Origin: an uncultured delta proteobacterium
Lineage (GTDB): Bacteria > Desulfobacterota > WTBG01 > CAIYCZ01 > CAIRTM01
Length of the DNA stretch: 64,000 nucleotides
Reading direction: 5' to 3'
NCBI GenBank assembly: GCA_963804955.1
Contig: CAWDSQ010000036.1
Span: 1-64,000 of the forward strand
Part shown: one piece after another, positions 53,396 through 64,000 of the stretch
How positions within the stretch are numbered: the stretch's first letter is position 1
Layout of the letters: every line of letters starts with the position of its first letter
Program-made: the position numbers and the translations under genes
The notes under the pieces: generated by a model
Told to the model about the DNA's origin: nothing
What the model saw: only the letters and a program-made list of their open reading frames with translations
Database searches by the model: none

Positions 53396-54466
53396 TTATT
53401 CAACGATAGCCACAATATAGGGTTGCCGGTTGTTTAAAACAAAGCGTATTCGGTTCAAAAGTTTCCGGGCAATATGGATGATGGCGTTGTTCTTTTTCAG
53501 CCTCCGACACAGCTTATTAAAAGCCAGGGTCAACGCCGGGTCCTTGCGTACGGCAACCCAGGAGCTCTCCACCAGAATAGCCCGCAGCATCGGGTTGCGG
53601 CGCATGGTGATGTTGGTGATGTGTTCTTCTTCGCCGCTTGATTTTGTATCGGGGATAAGGCCGGCATAGCTTGCCAGCTTATCCAGATTTTTAAATCGGG
53701 AGATATCGCCGATTTCGGTTAGCAGTATCATTGCCGTTAGGGTGCTGATGCCGGGGATGGTTTTTAAAAGCCATACCGCTTCGACATAGTCGTAGGTTCG
53801 GGATAGCACAGTGATTTGCCGTGTTAACCCGGCAATGAGCTTGCGCAGATGCAGCAGCTCTTCAATGAGGGTTGTCAAGGCTATGGTGCCGCTTGTGTGT
53901 TCAAACTGTACTGATTCAAGCCAGCTGATGAATCGACGGGACCAGCGCTTTGTTTCCATTTCAGGAGGCAGAAAAACGCCATAAAAGGCCAGAAGTGAGG
54001 CAATCTGGTTCTTGCAGCGGGTCTGTTTGCGGACCATGCCGTACCGGGTACGTAGCAAGCTGCGATCTTCACGCTGCATACTGCCGGGAATATAAATAGG
54101 CTGCAGGTCATGGCTTCTCAAGTTTTTACCCAATTTGCGGCTGTCGATTTTGTCATTTTTGCCGCGGCGCTGCTTGTCGGTCGTGGGAACATCGGCAGGG
54201 TTGACCACCATGGAGTCAACTCCCTGCTGATGAAGACTATCATGAATCCAGTAGCCGCAAAAGCCTGCTTCGTAAGCAGCATGATACGAAGCGCCCGGGA
54301 ACATGCGTTTGAGATAGCCCACAAGGCTCTGTGCATTGGGCGGCTGTGTGAATGTTTTATGTTCATGATGTTCGGAAAAAATGCTCACGGTCCAGCTCTT
54401 TTTATGAACGTCCATGCCGACGTAGATGTTTTGCCCGGTAAAATCGGGCTGTACGGTTTGTTTCAT
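53396..54466 (-). CDS. IS110 family DEDD recombinase/transposase
   Basis: GMDVHK, YEAG, KNDKIDSRKL, TIPGI, YAGLIP..SSG (catalytic Ser motif), ARKL. Confidence 0.95.
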   Translation of the reverse strand: MKQTVQPDFTGQNIYVGMDVHKKSWTVSIFSEHHEHKTFTQPPNAQSLVGYLKRMFPGASYHAAYEAGFCGYWIHDSLHQQGVDSMVVNPADVPTTDKQRRGKNDKIDSRKLGKNLRSHDLQPIYIPGSMQREDRSLLRTRYGMVRKQTRCKNQIASLLAFYGVFLPPEMETKRWSRRFISWLESVQFEHTSGTIALTTLIEELLHLRKLIAGLTRQITVLSRTYDYVEAVWLLKTIPGISTLTAMILLTEIGDISRFKNLDKLASYAGLIPDTKSSGEEEHITNITMRRNPMLRAILVESSWVAVRKDPALTLAFNKLCRRLKKNNAIIHIARKLLNRIRFVLNNRQPYIVAIVE

Positions 54467-54704
54467 GGCAAGCCTCCTTTATGATGAGTACTACCATTTT
54501 ACTGTAGCATTCTCAGTGTGGCTTGCTTCTTCTTTTAAACATAGGGTCTGGCTTGTCCGGAATCATTTTTCAGCATACCAAAAGGGATTCCCGTCAAGCG
54601 GGAATGACAAGAAATGCTGTCATACAGCTAACGTATCCAACTGTTTTATGATTTTTGGTTACAAGATTTAGTTAAATGCTCTAACCGTGCAGAGGGGGAA
54701 TCTT

Positions 54705-57398
54705 ATGAACGATGACGGCAAAAACAGGCGGCAGCTTCTGGAAGAGCTGGCGCTGCTGCGCGATAAAGTTGCAGAGCTTGAAGGCGCGGCGGGCGCCGCG
54801 CCCGGGGCTGGAATTAAAAATGCTTCCAAAAAAAGGAAAAGCCCCGCGTTCAAGCTTGACACGGCAGGAGTAAAAGCACCAGGTGAGATCGAGGCTCTCG
54901 TCCGGTTCTGTCTCGACAAAGTTCCTGACAGCGTATGCCTCACGTCATCCGGAGGCAGAATCCTGTATGTCAATGCTCCTGCCGCAAAAAATCTGGGCTA
55001 TGCCGTTGAAGAGCTGACAGGAAAATCCATGGCGGAGCTTGGCCCCAAAGCTCCCCGGGGCGCATGGAAAAAGCGGTGGTCTGAAATAAAGCAGAAGGGC
55101 TCATATTTTTTTGAAAGCCATCACATAAGAAAAGACGGATCTGTATTACCCGTTGAAGTTATGGCAACCCATATTGCTTTCAGGGGCAGGGAGTATGGCT
55201 TTTTTCACGCCCAGGATATCAGCGGCCGCAAATCAATAGAACAGGACCTGATAGACCAGAAAAATTTCTATGAAAAGATTCTTGAAACCGTCAATGACGG
55301 CATCTGGGTTACAAGCCCGCAGGATGTTATTATCTATACCAATAAGGGAATGACAGGGATTTCCGGCATCCCCAAATCTAAAATTGAGGGTGTACATGTC
55401 CTCAACGGCTTCCCTGAAGAAACCATAACAAACTTCGGGCATTTTTACCGTGAGGCGCGAAAAACACTGCAGCCGGTGCAATATGAGGCATTTGTGGTGA
55501 CGCCGTCAAACAGGGAAACCTGGCAGGCAGGCTGGCTGATACCGCTGGCGCATCAAGGCCGCTTTAACGGCATGATCTGCACCACACAGGATATTACTAT
55601 CCAAAAGCAGACGGAGGATCAATACAGGACAATTCTTGAAACAACGCAGGACGGCTTCACCCTGCTGGATATGCAGGGCCGTCTTCTGGATGTGAACGAT
55701 GCCTTCTGCGCTATGTCCGGATACAGGAGGGACGAGCTTTTGCGGATGCGCATCGGTGATATTGATGCGGCCCTGACGCCCCGGCAGATCAAAGGCATAA
55801 TCAGCGAAGTAAAAAAAAGCGGAGGAACCTTTTTTGAAACAAGGCACCGGAGAAAAGATGGAAGTATTGTTGATGTGGAAATACGCTTATCGCACTTTGG
55901 CGCCGGAGAGGGAAGGATGGCCAGTCTGGCCCGCGACATTACCGGGCGAAAGCGTATGGAGGATGAGCTGCGCCAGAGCGAAGCCGTGGCGCGCACGCTC
56001 CTGCATATACCCAGCACCGCCATGATGCTGCTTGATACAAAAGCCAGTTTTATTGAAGTCAATGAGACAATGACAAAGCGATTTTGCAGGACACGAGAAG
56101 AAATGAGGGGAATGTGCCTGTGGGACATCCTGCCGCCGCATGTCGCAGAGCTCAGGAAAGGATATTTTGCACAGGCTTTATCAACGGCTGAAATGGTGCG
56201 CTGGGAAGATGAGCGGCAGGGCATGTGGAACGACAACTCCTTTATCCCGATTACCGATGAGCGCGGAAGATAGTGCAGGTAATAGGATTTGCCGTTGATA
56301 TAACGGCAGGCAAGCGGGCTGAAATGCTCCTGAAAGAATCAGAGGAGCGGTACCGGCAAATATTTGAAACATGCGCCGAGGGGATTCTGGTGGCGATATT
56401 AAGACCAAGCGCTATACAATATGCAAATCCGGCAATGTGCGGAATGCTTGGCTATACCCTTAAGGGGCTGCTGCAAAAGAGCCTGACTCCGCCATCCAAC
56501 TTCGAAAATGTACAAGCTTTTGAAGAGGCAAAAAAATATTTTGCAGAGATTGCCACGGGGAATACGATAACTGGCCGTGCCATCCCCTGCCGGCATAAGG
56601 ACGGCTCTATTACTCTATGTGAATATAAGCGGCACAAAGATGAACATTGACGGCCGTGAATACAACGTGGGCTTTTTTACCGACATAACCGAGAGAAGAG
56701 CTGTTGAGCAGAAGCTGCAGAAAAGCGAAGAGCTGTTCAGGCAGACCTTTGAGCGTGCCCCTATCGGCATTGCCATTTTTGACAAAACGGGCACTGTCGT
56801 GAATGCGAACTCTTTTTTGTCAACCATTCTCGGTTATGCAACGGATGCATTGAAAGAGCATGGTATTGATATGCATTTGCATGCAGAGGATAAGCAACGG
56901 AGCATCAAGGCTCTGCTGTCTTCCCTTGAAAAGCTCCGCGAGCATGCCGTGTGCGAGAAGCGCTATGTCGCCTGTGACGGTCATACGGTCTATGTAAAAG
57001 AATATACGCAGGGCATTTTCAGCACAGCGGATGATCTTGTGTTTCTGATTGTCCTGATTGAAGACATAACCACCCGCATGCAGGCTGAAAACCTCAATAT
57101 AAATGTTATTACAAAGCTGAAGGATGTGTATAATGAGCTGCAAGACTTTTCCGCGATGCTGCCTGCGGAGCACAAATTTTCGAAACTTGTGTCCATTCAT
57201 GATTACAATCTCTCCCCCATGGAGAACAGGGTGGCATCATTGATCTATAACAGCTATTCGAATCAAAATATCGCATCAAAGCTCAATATTTCTGAAAATA
57301 CGGTTAAGCATCACATAACAAGCATCTTCAGCAAATTCAAAGTCAGAAACCGCCTTGAGTTTCTAAAAATTATCCGGGAAAAGCGGATAGTTATTTAG
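54705..57398 (+). CDS. Multi-PAS domain LuxR-type HTH transcriptional regulator (two frameshifts)
   Basis: About six PAS/PAC units (RKDGS, DIT.RK) and C-terminal LSPME..SNQNIASKLNISENTVKHHITSIFSK. Confidence 0.85.
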
Positions 57399-57502
57399 AA
57401 AAACCCCATGAGGAAAAGATGCCTCTGCGGCTGCTGCGGAATGCGTATGCTATACTTAAACGCAGAGCAGGCAGTAGTATGCCAGTCAGGACGAGTTGAA
57501 CC

Positions 57503-58060
57503 GTGAAAAAGCTTATCGCACAAGCCCTTTTAATTTTGATGGGAGTATATTGCATGGCAGACAACGGCGATGCTTATGAAGCGGCCTATCCCAAAACGCC
57601 CGACGGACAGATTGACATCAAGACAATCCCGGCATCGAGGCTTATGGTGACCGAAAACCCCGGCAGCTATTTTGACAACAATAATGAGTTGTTTATGCGC
57701 CTGTTCCGGTATATAGGCGCCAATAATGTTTCCATGACCGTGCCGGTTGAAGCCGACATTGAAAATGCCCGGATGAAGTTCTATGTGGGCGGCCCCGACA
57801 GCGGCAAAGACCTGCCCGACCGCGAAGAGGTGAAGGTGGTCAGCCTGCCGGAGCGGACGGTTGCGTCCATCGGTATCAAGGGTTCATATACACAAGACAA
57901 ATTCGAGAAGAACAGGCAAAAGCTGGAAGCCTGGCTGCGGGAGAACCCGCGCTATGCGGCTGCAGGCGCTGCCTATGCCGTGTACTGGGACGCTCCGTTC
58001 GTGCCATGGTTTTTGAAGCACTCGGAGGTGCATATTCCCGTAACGGAAAAAAAGCAGTAG
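57503..58060 (+). CDS. SOUL family heme-binding protein
   Basis: FMRLFRYI..N.SMTVPV, MKFY, Y.WDAPFVPWFL.HSEV. Confidence 0.85.
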   Translation: MKKLIAQALLILMGVYCMADNGDAYEAAYPKTPDGQIDIKTIPASRLMVTENPGSYFDNNNELFMRLFRYIGANNVSMTVPVEADIENARMKFYVGGPDSGKDLPDREEVKVVSLPERTVASIGIKGSYTQDKFEKNRQKLEAWLRENPRYAAAGAAYAVYWDAPFVPWFLKHSEVHIPVTEKKQ

Positions 58061-58158
58061 CAGGCAGGTATGCCCCGGGCGCCGTTGCGCAGATCCATCC
58101 CACGCACCCTCTCTTCCTTGTGGGTGAGGGCTAAGCAGGTTTTTCTTTGACTGACGTG

Positions 58159-58827
58159 CTATTTTTGCATCAAGACTGTGCAGGCCCTCAGCCGCTTCAG
58201 CAGTTCCGAGAGAATCATGGCGGTTGCTCCCCAGACTTTTTCGCTGCCCATCCGGTAAAACGGCACGTTTAATTCCATGTTATTCAAAATTCGTATTTCC
58301 GTGCAGCCCATGGAAGGGTCCAGAAACAGGCCAAGCGGCGTTTCAAGGATTTCGGCAACTTCGCCTGCCTCCATCCTGAGGGATGGCAGCCCCTCGTGCC
58401 AGGCAACAAAGGGGTGGACGATAAAGTCCGACGGCGAGATATACACGGGCGCCAGCGGCCCCAGCACCTGCAGGCTATCCCTCTGCAGCCCGACCTCCTC
58501 CATTGTTTCACGCAGAGCAGTGTCAAGCAGCTGCTCTCCAGGCTCCTGCCTGCCGCCGGGGAAAGAAATTTGTCCCGGATGGTATTTTAAATCTTCGTGC
58601 CGCCGGATAAGAAGGATATGCGGCGAGCTGAATTTTTCATACAGAACCAGCAGCACCGCCCCTATGCGCGGATTGCCCGGCCTGTCGGCAGGCCGCGTCA
58701 GGGGCCGCGGCGAGGGCGACATGACGCTGTGGGCCGAAGCCGCGTCAAAGCCGGGAAGGCTCAAGGCTGTGCGTATGAGGCCGGGCGAAAGCAGCATGGT
58801 TGGTGTTGTTTTTTTACCTTTGTTCAT
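58159..58827 (-). CDS. Nudix CoA pyrophosphatase (NudL-like)
   Basis: HPGQISFPGG..TALRETMEEVG, VWGATAMIL. Confidence 0.9.
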   Translation of the reverse strand: MNKGKKTTPTMLLSPGLIRTALSLPGFDAASAHSVMSPSPRPLTRPADRPGNPRIGAVLLVLYEKFSSPHILLIRRHEDLKYHPGQISFPGGRQEPGEQLLDTALRETMEEVGLQRDSLQVLGPLAPVYISPSDFIVHPFVAWHEGLPSLRMEAGEVAEILETPLGLFLDPSMGCTEIRILNNMELNVPFYRMGSEKVWGATAMILSELLKRLRACTVLMQK

Positions 58828-58884
58828 ATAGTATTGGTTATATAGCAATATGGTATTTCTTTCAATCCGGATACGCGAGGCCCC

Positions 58885-59779
58885 ATGAAAAAGAATGCTT
58901 CTGCAGGGTCGCCACGGCCCGCCATGCACAGATACACATATCTTTGTTTGGGCTGTTTGCTGTTTGCGGCTGCAGCAGGCCCCGCCGATGCTAAGCTGAA
59001 CGCATGTGTCAGTATCCTGCCGCAGGCCTATTTTGTGGAGCGCGTGGGCGGCGAAAATATTACGGTGAGCGTGCTGGTGGGGCCGGGCCAGTCTCCCCAT
59101 GCCTTTGAGCCGACTCCCAGGCAAATAATGGCCATGTCTCAGGCTGATATTTTTTTTAAAATAGGCCTGCCCTTTGAAGACCGGCTGCTGGGCAAGATCG
59201 GCAGCATTTTAAAAAACGCTGCCGTAGTTGATACCCGGCACGGCATTGCGCTCCGGCCCTCGGAAGATCACCGATGAGCATGGCGGGGGGCATGCAGGGC
59301 CCGACCCCCATATATGGCTTGCGCCGAAACTGATACGGCAGCAGGCGCAGACCATATGCGAGGCACTGTGCCTGCGCGATGAAGTCCACTGTGCTGCCTA
59401 TCGCCGCAACCTTGCCGCATTTCAGGCCGAGCTCGACAGCCTTGATGCCGAGCTGGCGGGCCGCCTTTCTTCCTGTGCCGGCAGGGAAATATTTGTTTTT
59501 CATCCGGCCCTTGGCTATTTCGCCGATGCCTATAAGCTGAAACAGGTTCCTATCGAGATGGCCGGCAAGGAACCGGGCTCAAAATCTTTTGCCGCCCTGG
59601 TGGGGAGAGCAAGGGCAGGGGGCGTGAAGACGATTTTTGCCGAGCGGCAGTTCTCTCCCAAAAGCGCCCAGGCCGTGGCACAGCAGATCGGGGCCGAGGT
59701 CGTGATGATTGATCCGCTGGCGCGGGACTGTTTTCAGAACCTGCGCGAGATTGCGGGAATGATAGAGAAGATGAAATAG
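58885..59779 (+). CDS. znuA: Zn/Mn ABC transporter substrate-binding protein (frameshift near 59265)
   Basis: SPHAFEPTP, DPHIWL, FHPALGYFA. Confidence 0.85.
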
Positions 59780-59870
59780 AAAAAGTTTCATTGGTTGGAT
59801 TGGTTCAATGAGTTTATGGTTATCTCCAAAGTTGAACCTGTGTATGGTCGTTAATTTCATTGCACAATTT

Positions 59871-59987
59871 TGTCATTTCGACCGCAGGGAGTGCGCAGGT
59901 TGCGTACTCGCACTCAATCTTAGACTGAAGTGAAATGAAGGTGTTGAAGATTTCTGCATCCCGCTTTCAGCGGGATTCGAAATGACA
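59871..59987. repeat. TGTCATTTCGA...TCGAAATGACA palindromic repeat
   Basis: 11-bp inverted ends; same family as 42261-42349. Confidence 0.7.
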
Positions 59988-60100
59988 GCAAGACCAATTA
60001 CGACAAAGGGTATATAAGCTGGTGTCCAGCTTAAGGGGTTAGTCAGTTTGGAGACCAACCAGATAGTTTAATTGGTTCGGAAGAGGCGGACGTAAAAGTT

Positions 60101-60871
60101 ATGAGCACCGACACAATCATAGAGCTTGAAAAGGTTTCTTTTTCCTATGACGGGTTTTCCGTTCTGGAGGATGTGACCTTTTGCATACGCGCGGGCGAGT
60201 TTATCTGCGTGGTGGGGCCCAATGGCGGGGGCAAGACCACGCTGCTGAAGCTTATACTCGGGCTGCTGAAGCCGGCGACCGGCAGCCTGCGCGTTTTCGG
60301 TATGCAGGCTGAACAGGGCCGGCAGCGCATTGGCTATGTGCCCCAGCATGCGCAGGTCGATCCGCAGTTTCCGGTCACAGCCCTTGACGTGGTGCTCATG
60401 GGCAGGCTCACCGGCAGCCGGCGCTCGGGGTTTTTTAATGCGCGAGACAGGCAGGCGGCCCGCGACTCTCTCGGGCAGCTGGGCTTAGCTGATTTTTCCA
60501 GCCGGCCTTTCTCGGCTCTTTCCGGCGGCCAGCGGCAGCGCGTGCTCATAGCCCGGGCGCTTGTGGGCAAGCCGGAGCTGCTGCTGCTTGACGAGCCGAC
60601 ATCGAGCCTTGACCTGCATGTTGAAAATGAATTCTACGAGCTGCTGAGCGATATAAACAAGCGGCTCACCATCGTGCTCGTATCTCATGATCTGGGTTTT
60701 GTAACGCCATTTTCAACAAGCGTCGTCTGTGTCAAGCGCTTCGTGCAGGTTCACCCGACAAGCCAGCTCAGCGGCGACCACCTCATCCGCGACATCTACG
60801 GAACCGATATGCTCATGGTGCGGCATGATCACCGCTGCGCCGAGAAAGGCCACGAATGTGGGAATTCCTGA
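60101..60871 (+). CDS. znuC: Metal ABC transporter ATP-binding protein
   Basis: GPNGGGKT, IGYVPQ, LSGGQRQR, LLLDEPT. Confidence 0.9.
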   Translation: MSTDTIIELEKVSFSYDGFSVLEDVTFCIRAGEFICVVGPNGGGKTTLLKLILGLLKPATGSLRVFGMQAEQGRQRIGYVPQHAQVDPQFPVTALDVVLMGRLTGSRRSGFFNARDRQAARDSLGQLGLADFSSRPFSALSGGQRQRVLIARALVGKPELLLLDEPTSSLDLHVENEFYELLSDINKRLTIVLVSHDLGFVTPFSTSVVCVKRFVQVHPTSQLSGDHLIRDIYGTDMLMVRHDHRCAEKGHECGNS

Positions 60872-61726
60872 CAGCCGTCCGTGATTACCCCTTTATGCGC
60901 TACGGCCTTGCGGCCGGGCTGCTGGCAAGCTTTGCCTGCGGCGTGGTGGGCAGCTATGTGGTTGCCCGGCGCATCAGCTACATTGCCGGCAGCATCGCTC
61001 ACTGCGTGCTGGGCGGCATCGGGGCTGCGCGCTATTTTCAGGTGGTGCATGGCTGGCAGAGCTTCACCCCCCTTGTCGGCGCCGTGATCGCGGCCCTCGC
61101 CTCGGCCTTCATCATCGGCATCGTGAGCCTGCGGGCCAAGCAGCGGGAAGATACGGTCATCGGCGCCCTGTGGGCCATCGGCATGGCCGTCGGCGTGCTG
61201 TTTATCTCGCGCACGCCGGGCTATAATGAAGACCTCATGAGCTATCTGTTCGGCAATATTCTCATGGTGGGGCCGGCAGATCTGTGGATCATCGCGGGCC
61301 TTGACCTGCTGGTGGCAGCAGTTGTCGCCCTGTGCTACAACCAGCTGCTGTCGGTCTGCTTCGACGAGGAATTCGCCCGCATCCGGGGGTTGCGCGTCGA
61401 GCTGTACTATCTGCTGCTGCTGGCGCTCACAGCCCTGACCGTTGTGCTGCTGTCAACCGTTGTCGGCGTGCTCATGGTCATAGCGCTGCTCACCCTGCCG
61501 GTGGCGGTAGCAAATGTTTTTGTCAAGACCATGGGCCGCATCATGGCGCTGTCGGTTGTCTTAAGCGCGCTGTTTCACCACCGGGGGCCTTGCCATAAGC
61601 TACGGCCCCGATCTGCCCGCAGGAGCAACCATTATCATTATTGCCGGCATCGTCTATATCAGCGTCGCGGCAGGCGCTGCCATCAGGGCCGGCATGCGCA
61701 AGCCCCCGGGCGGCGAACCGGCTTGA
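60856..61726 (+). CDS. znuB: Metal ABC transporter permease (frameshift near 61580)
   Basis: IAHCVLGG, YLFGNIL, FDEEFA; DLPAGATII is in the shifted frame. Confidence 0.88.
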
Positions 61727-61792
61727 CACCCCCTGCTGTTTCTGGTAACTTCACTGAAAACCGTGACTTTTTTCCCTGGAGGGGATTTTTTT

Positions 61793-62346
61793 ATGGAGCT
61801 GGCAAACGCGATCAAGGGCAGGCGCAGCATTCGCAGCTACAGGCCCGACCCGGTCTCTGCCGCCGATCTGCAGTATATCCTTGAAGCGGCGCAGTGGGCG
61901 CCGTCCTGGGCCAATACCCAGTGCTGGGAATTCATCATTGTGCAGGACGGGGCACTCCGGCAAAGGCTTGCCGAAACCCTGCCTGAGAAAAATCCGGCAC
62001 GGGGCGCTTTCGCGCAGGCGCCGATTGTTATTGCGGCCTGCGCCGCCACCGGCATATCCGGGTTTTTCAAGGGCAGCCCGGCAACCGATAAGGGCGACTG
62101 GCTGCTGTTTGACCTGGGCCTGGCGCTGCAGAACCTTGACTCTGGCGGCCTTATGAGAAGGGCCTCGGGACTGTTCATGTGGGGTTTTTCGATGCCGGCA
62201 AAGCAGGCCAGGTGCTTGGCCTGCCCGGGGGCCACACGGTTGTGGAACTGCTGCCGCTGGGGCATCCGGCTGAAGAGGGCAGGGTGACGCCGCGCAAACC
62301 CATAGAGGAGTTTGTTTTTTACAACGGGTATGGCAGGAAGGCCTGA
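61793..62346 (+). CDS. Nitroreductase family protein (frameshifted)
   Basis: RRSIRSY, APSWANTQCWEF, DLGLALQNL. Confidence 0.85.
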
Positions 62347-62350
62347 GCAG

Positions 62351-63009
62351 ATGGGCCTTTTCATATCATTTGAAGGTATCGAGGGCTGCGGTAAAACCAC
62401 GCAGATACAGCTTCTGGCAAAATATCTTGAAAGCCGGGGGCTGTCCTGCATTCTCACCCGCGAACCCGGCGGCACAGCCGTCGGCGAGGCCATCAGGGAA
62501 ATTTTCCTTCGCAGCAGCAATACGGCCCTTATTCCGCTGACCGAACTGCTGCTGGTGACGGCGGCTCGCGTGCAGCATATCCATGAGGTCATTATCCCCG
62601 GCCTTGCTGCGGGCAAGATTGTTCTGTGCGACAGGTTTTTCGATGCCACCGCTGCCTACCAGGGGTATGCCGCAGGCGCCTCTCTTGAGCTTATCCGGCG
62701 CAGCCATGAGCTTTTCTGCGACAATCTTGCGCCCGACCTGACGCTGCTGCTGGACTGCCCGCTTGAGCTGGGCCTTGCCCGGTCCCGCGCACGCAACAAG
62801 GCCGCCGGCCAGGAGCTTGCGGAGGGCCGCTTTGAGGACAAGGATATGGCTTTTCACGCCAGGGTCCGGCAGGGCATATCTTTGCGCGCGCCGACCAGGA
62901 GCCCGGCCGTTTCCACATTATCTATGCCGGGGAGACAATCGAGGCCATACACGAAAACATCGTAAGCAGCGTGACGGCAAGGCTTCGGGAGAAGGGCTAT
63001 GCCGTTTGA
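62351..63009 (+). CDS. tmk: Thymidylate kinase (frameshift near 62875)
   Basis: FEGIEGCGKTTQ, REPGG, LCDRF, PDLTLLLD. Confidence 0.93.
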
Positions 63010-63949
63010 CGACATACGGGGCCATAGCCGCCAGGTGCTGATTCTTAAATCCATGCTCCGCAGCGGCCACCTGCCCCATGCCTTCCTGTTTACCGGCATC
63101 GAAGGCATCGGCAAGCGCATGGTTGCAGCGGGGTTTGGTGAAGGCGCTCAACTGCCTGACCCTGAGCGACGATTTCTGCGGGCAGTGCCTGCCGTGCCGC
63201 AAGATCGAGAAGATGGCCCACCCCGACGTGCAGGTCGTCGAGCCTGAAAAGAATGTGCTGAAAATCGAGCAGGTGCGGGCTTTGCAGCAGGATATCGTGC
63301 TGAAGCCCCTGGAGGGGAAAAAAAAGGCGGTCATCATCGATCAGGCCGAAAAGATGAATGCCCCGGCGGCAAACTGCCTTTTGAAAACCCTTGAGGAGCC
63401 GCCGGAAGACACGGTGCTTGTTCTTATCGCCCAGGCCGTATCGGATATGCTCCCGACGGTGCTGTCGCGCTGCCAGCTGATACATTTTTCGCCCCTGTGC
63501 GACGCCGATCTCAGTGCCCTGCTTGCCGGGAAGGGGATCGATGCGCAGCAGATACAGCTGCTGCTGCCGCTGGCGCAGGGCAGCCTGCAGCGGGCGCTTC
63601 TGTTTGCGGGCACCGATTTCATCTCGCGCAGAGAGCAGATCGCGGCCCGGCTCGGCGAGGGGCCTCTGCCGCGCTGAAGCTTGCCGCCGATCTTGCCGAC
63701 GATGACGAGCAGCTGCCTTTGGCCCTTGAGTTTCTTGAATCCTGGTACCGGGATCTGCTGGTGCTGCTTGAGGGCGCCCTGGATGCGCGGCTCTATAATG
63801 CCGATCTTGCCGACGGGCTGGCCCGGGCTGCGGAAGGGGCAACGCGGGGACGCGTGGTTGAAAAGATCAAAAAGCTGCGGCGGCTGCAGACGGGCGCCGC
63901 ATTTAATCCGGATATGCAGCTGGGCCTCGAAACAGTGTTTCTGCATTAG
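62999..63949 (+). CDS. holB: DNA polymerase III delta' subunit (frameshifts)
   Basis: HAFLFTGIEGIGK, CGQCLPC, HPD, AANCLLKTLEEPP, TVLSRC; follows tmk. Confidence 0.92.
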
Positions 63950-64000
63950 AGAAAAAGGCTGTAGGCTGTAGACTGTAGGCCATAGGCTGAGACTGTCAGC

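Larger units (their letters stand above)
53109..54546 (-). mobile_element. IS110-family (IS1111-type) insertion sequence, 1438 bp
   Basis: Inverted ends CCCTATGTTAAAAG / CTTTTAAACATAGGG, TC at both junctions, short 5' and long 3' non-coding regions; interrupts a REP-like repeat. Confidence 0.9.

Noticed and set aside
56271..56273. Pyrrolysine or read-through TAG in the PAS regulator
   Set aside because: The downstream coding continues in a different frame, consistent with a lost A in a homopolymer rather than recoding.
62351..63949. tmk and holB as true pseudogenes or programmed frameshifts
   Set aside because: These are essential genes in a window full of homopolymer indels; sequencing error is the simpler explanation.

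Overview
GC-rich (roughly 55% by eye) bacterial chromosome segment, probably from a Desulfobacterota/deltaproteobacterial lineage (inferred from gene content only). Many single-base frameshifts at homopolymers, including in tmk and holB, suggest an unpolished long-read assembly, so most broken genes are probably intact. Positions 1-11.3 kb are an accessory surface-protein locus with three paralogous secreted proteins. All share a signal peptide, an Fn3 domain, Thr-rich repeats and an FG-GAP-like C-terminal domain. Their central modules differ: a complete GH16 domain that is missing from the ORF track, no module, or an unidentified domain. Two paralogues sit in a ~1.95-kb duplicated cassette with a CpsD/CapB-like ATPase and a Wzz-like protein. 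The third lies behind a triple tandem c-di-GMP-I riboswitch, with one terminator per aptamer. Positions 15-35 kb and 58-64 kb are mostly housekeeping genes (comM, mfd, PBP, rsmA, HIT, dnaE, znuACB, tmk, holB). At 53.1-54.5 kb an IS110/IS1111-type element is inserted in a REP-like repeat. Its 3' non-coding region contains a readable bridge/seek-RNA target-binding loop whose two guides match the reconstructed 14-nt target exactly. Several families of small palindromic repeats and MITEs, including a four-layer nested one, are scattered through the window.
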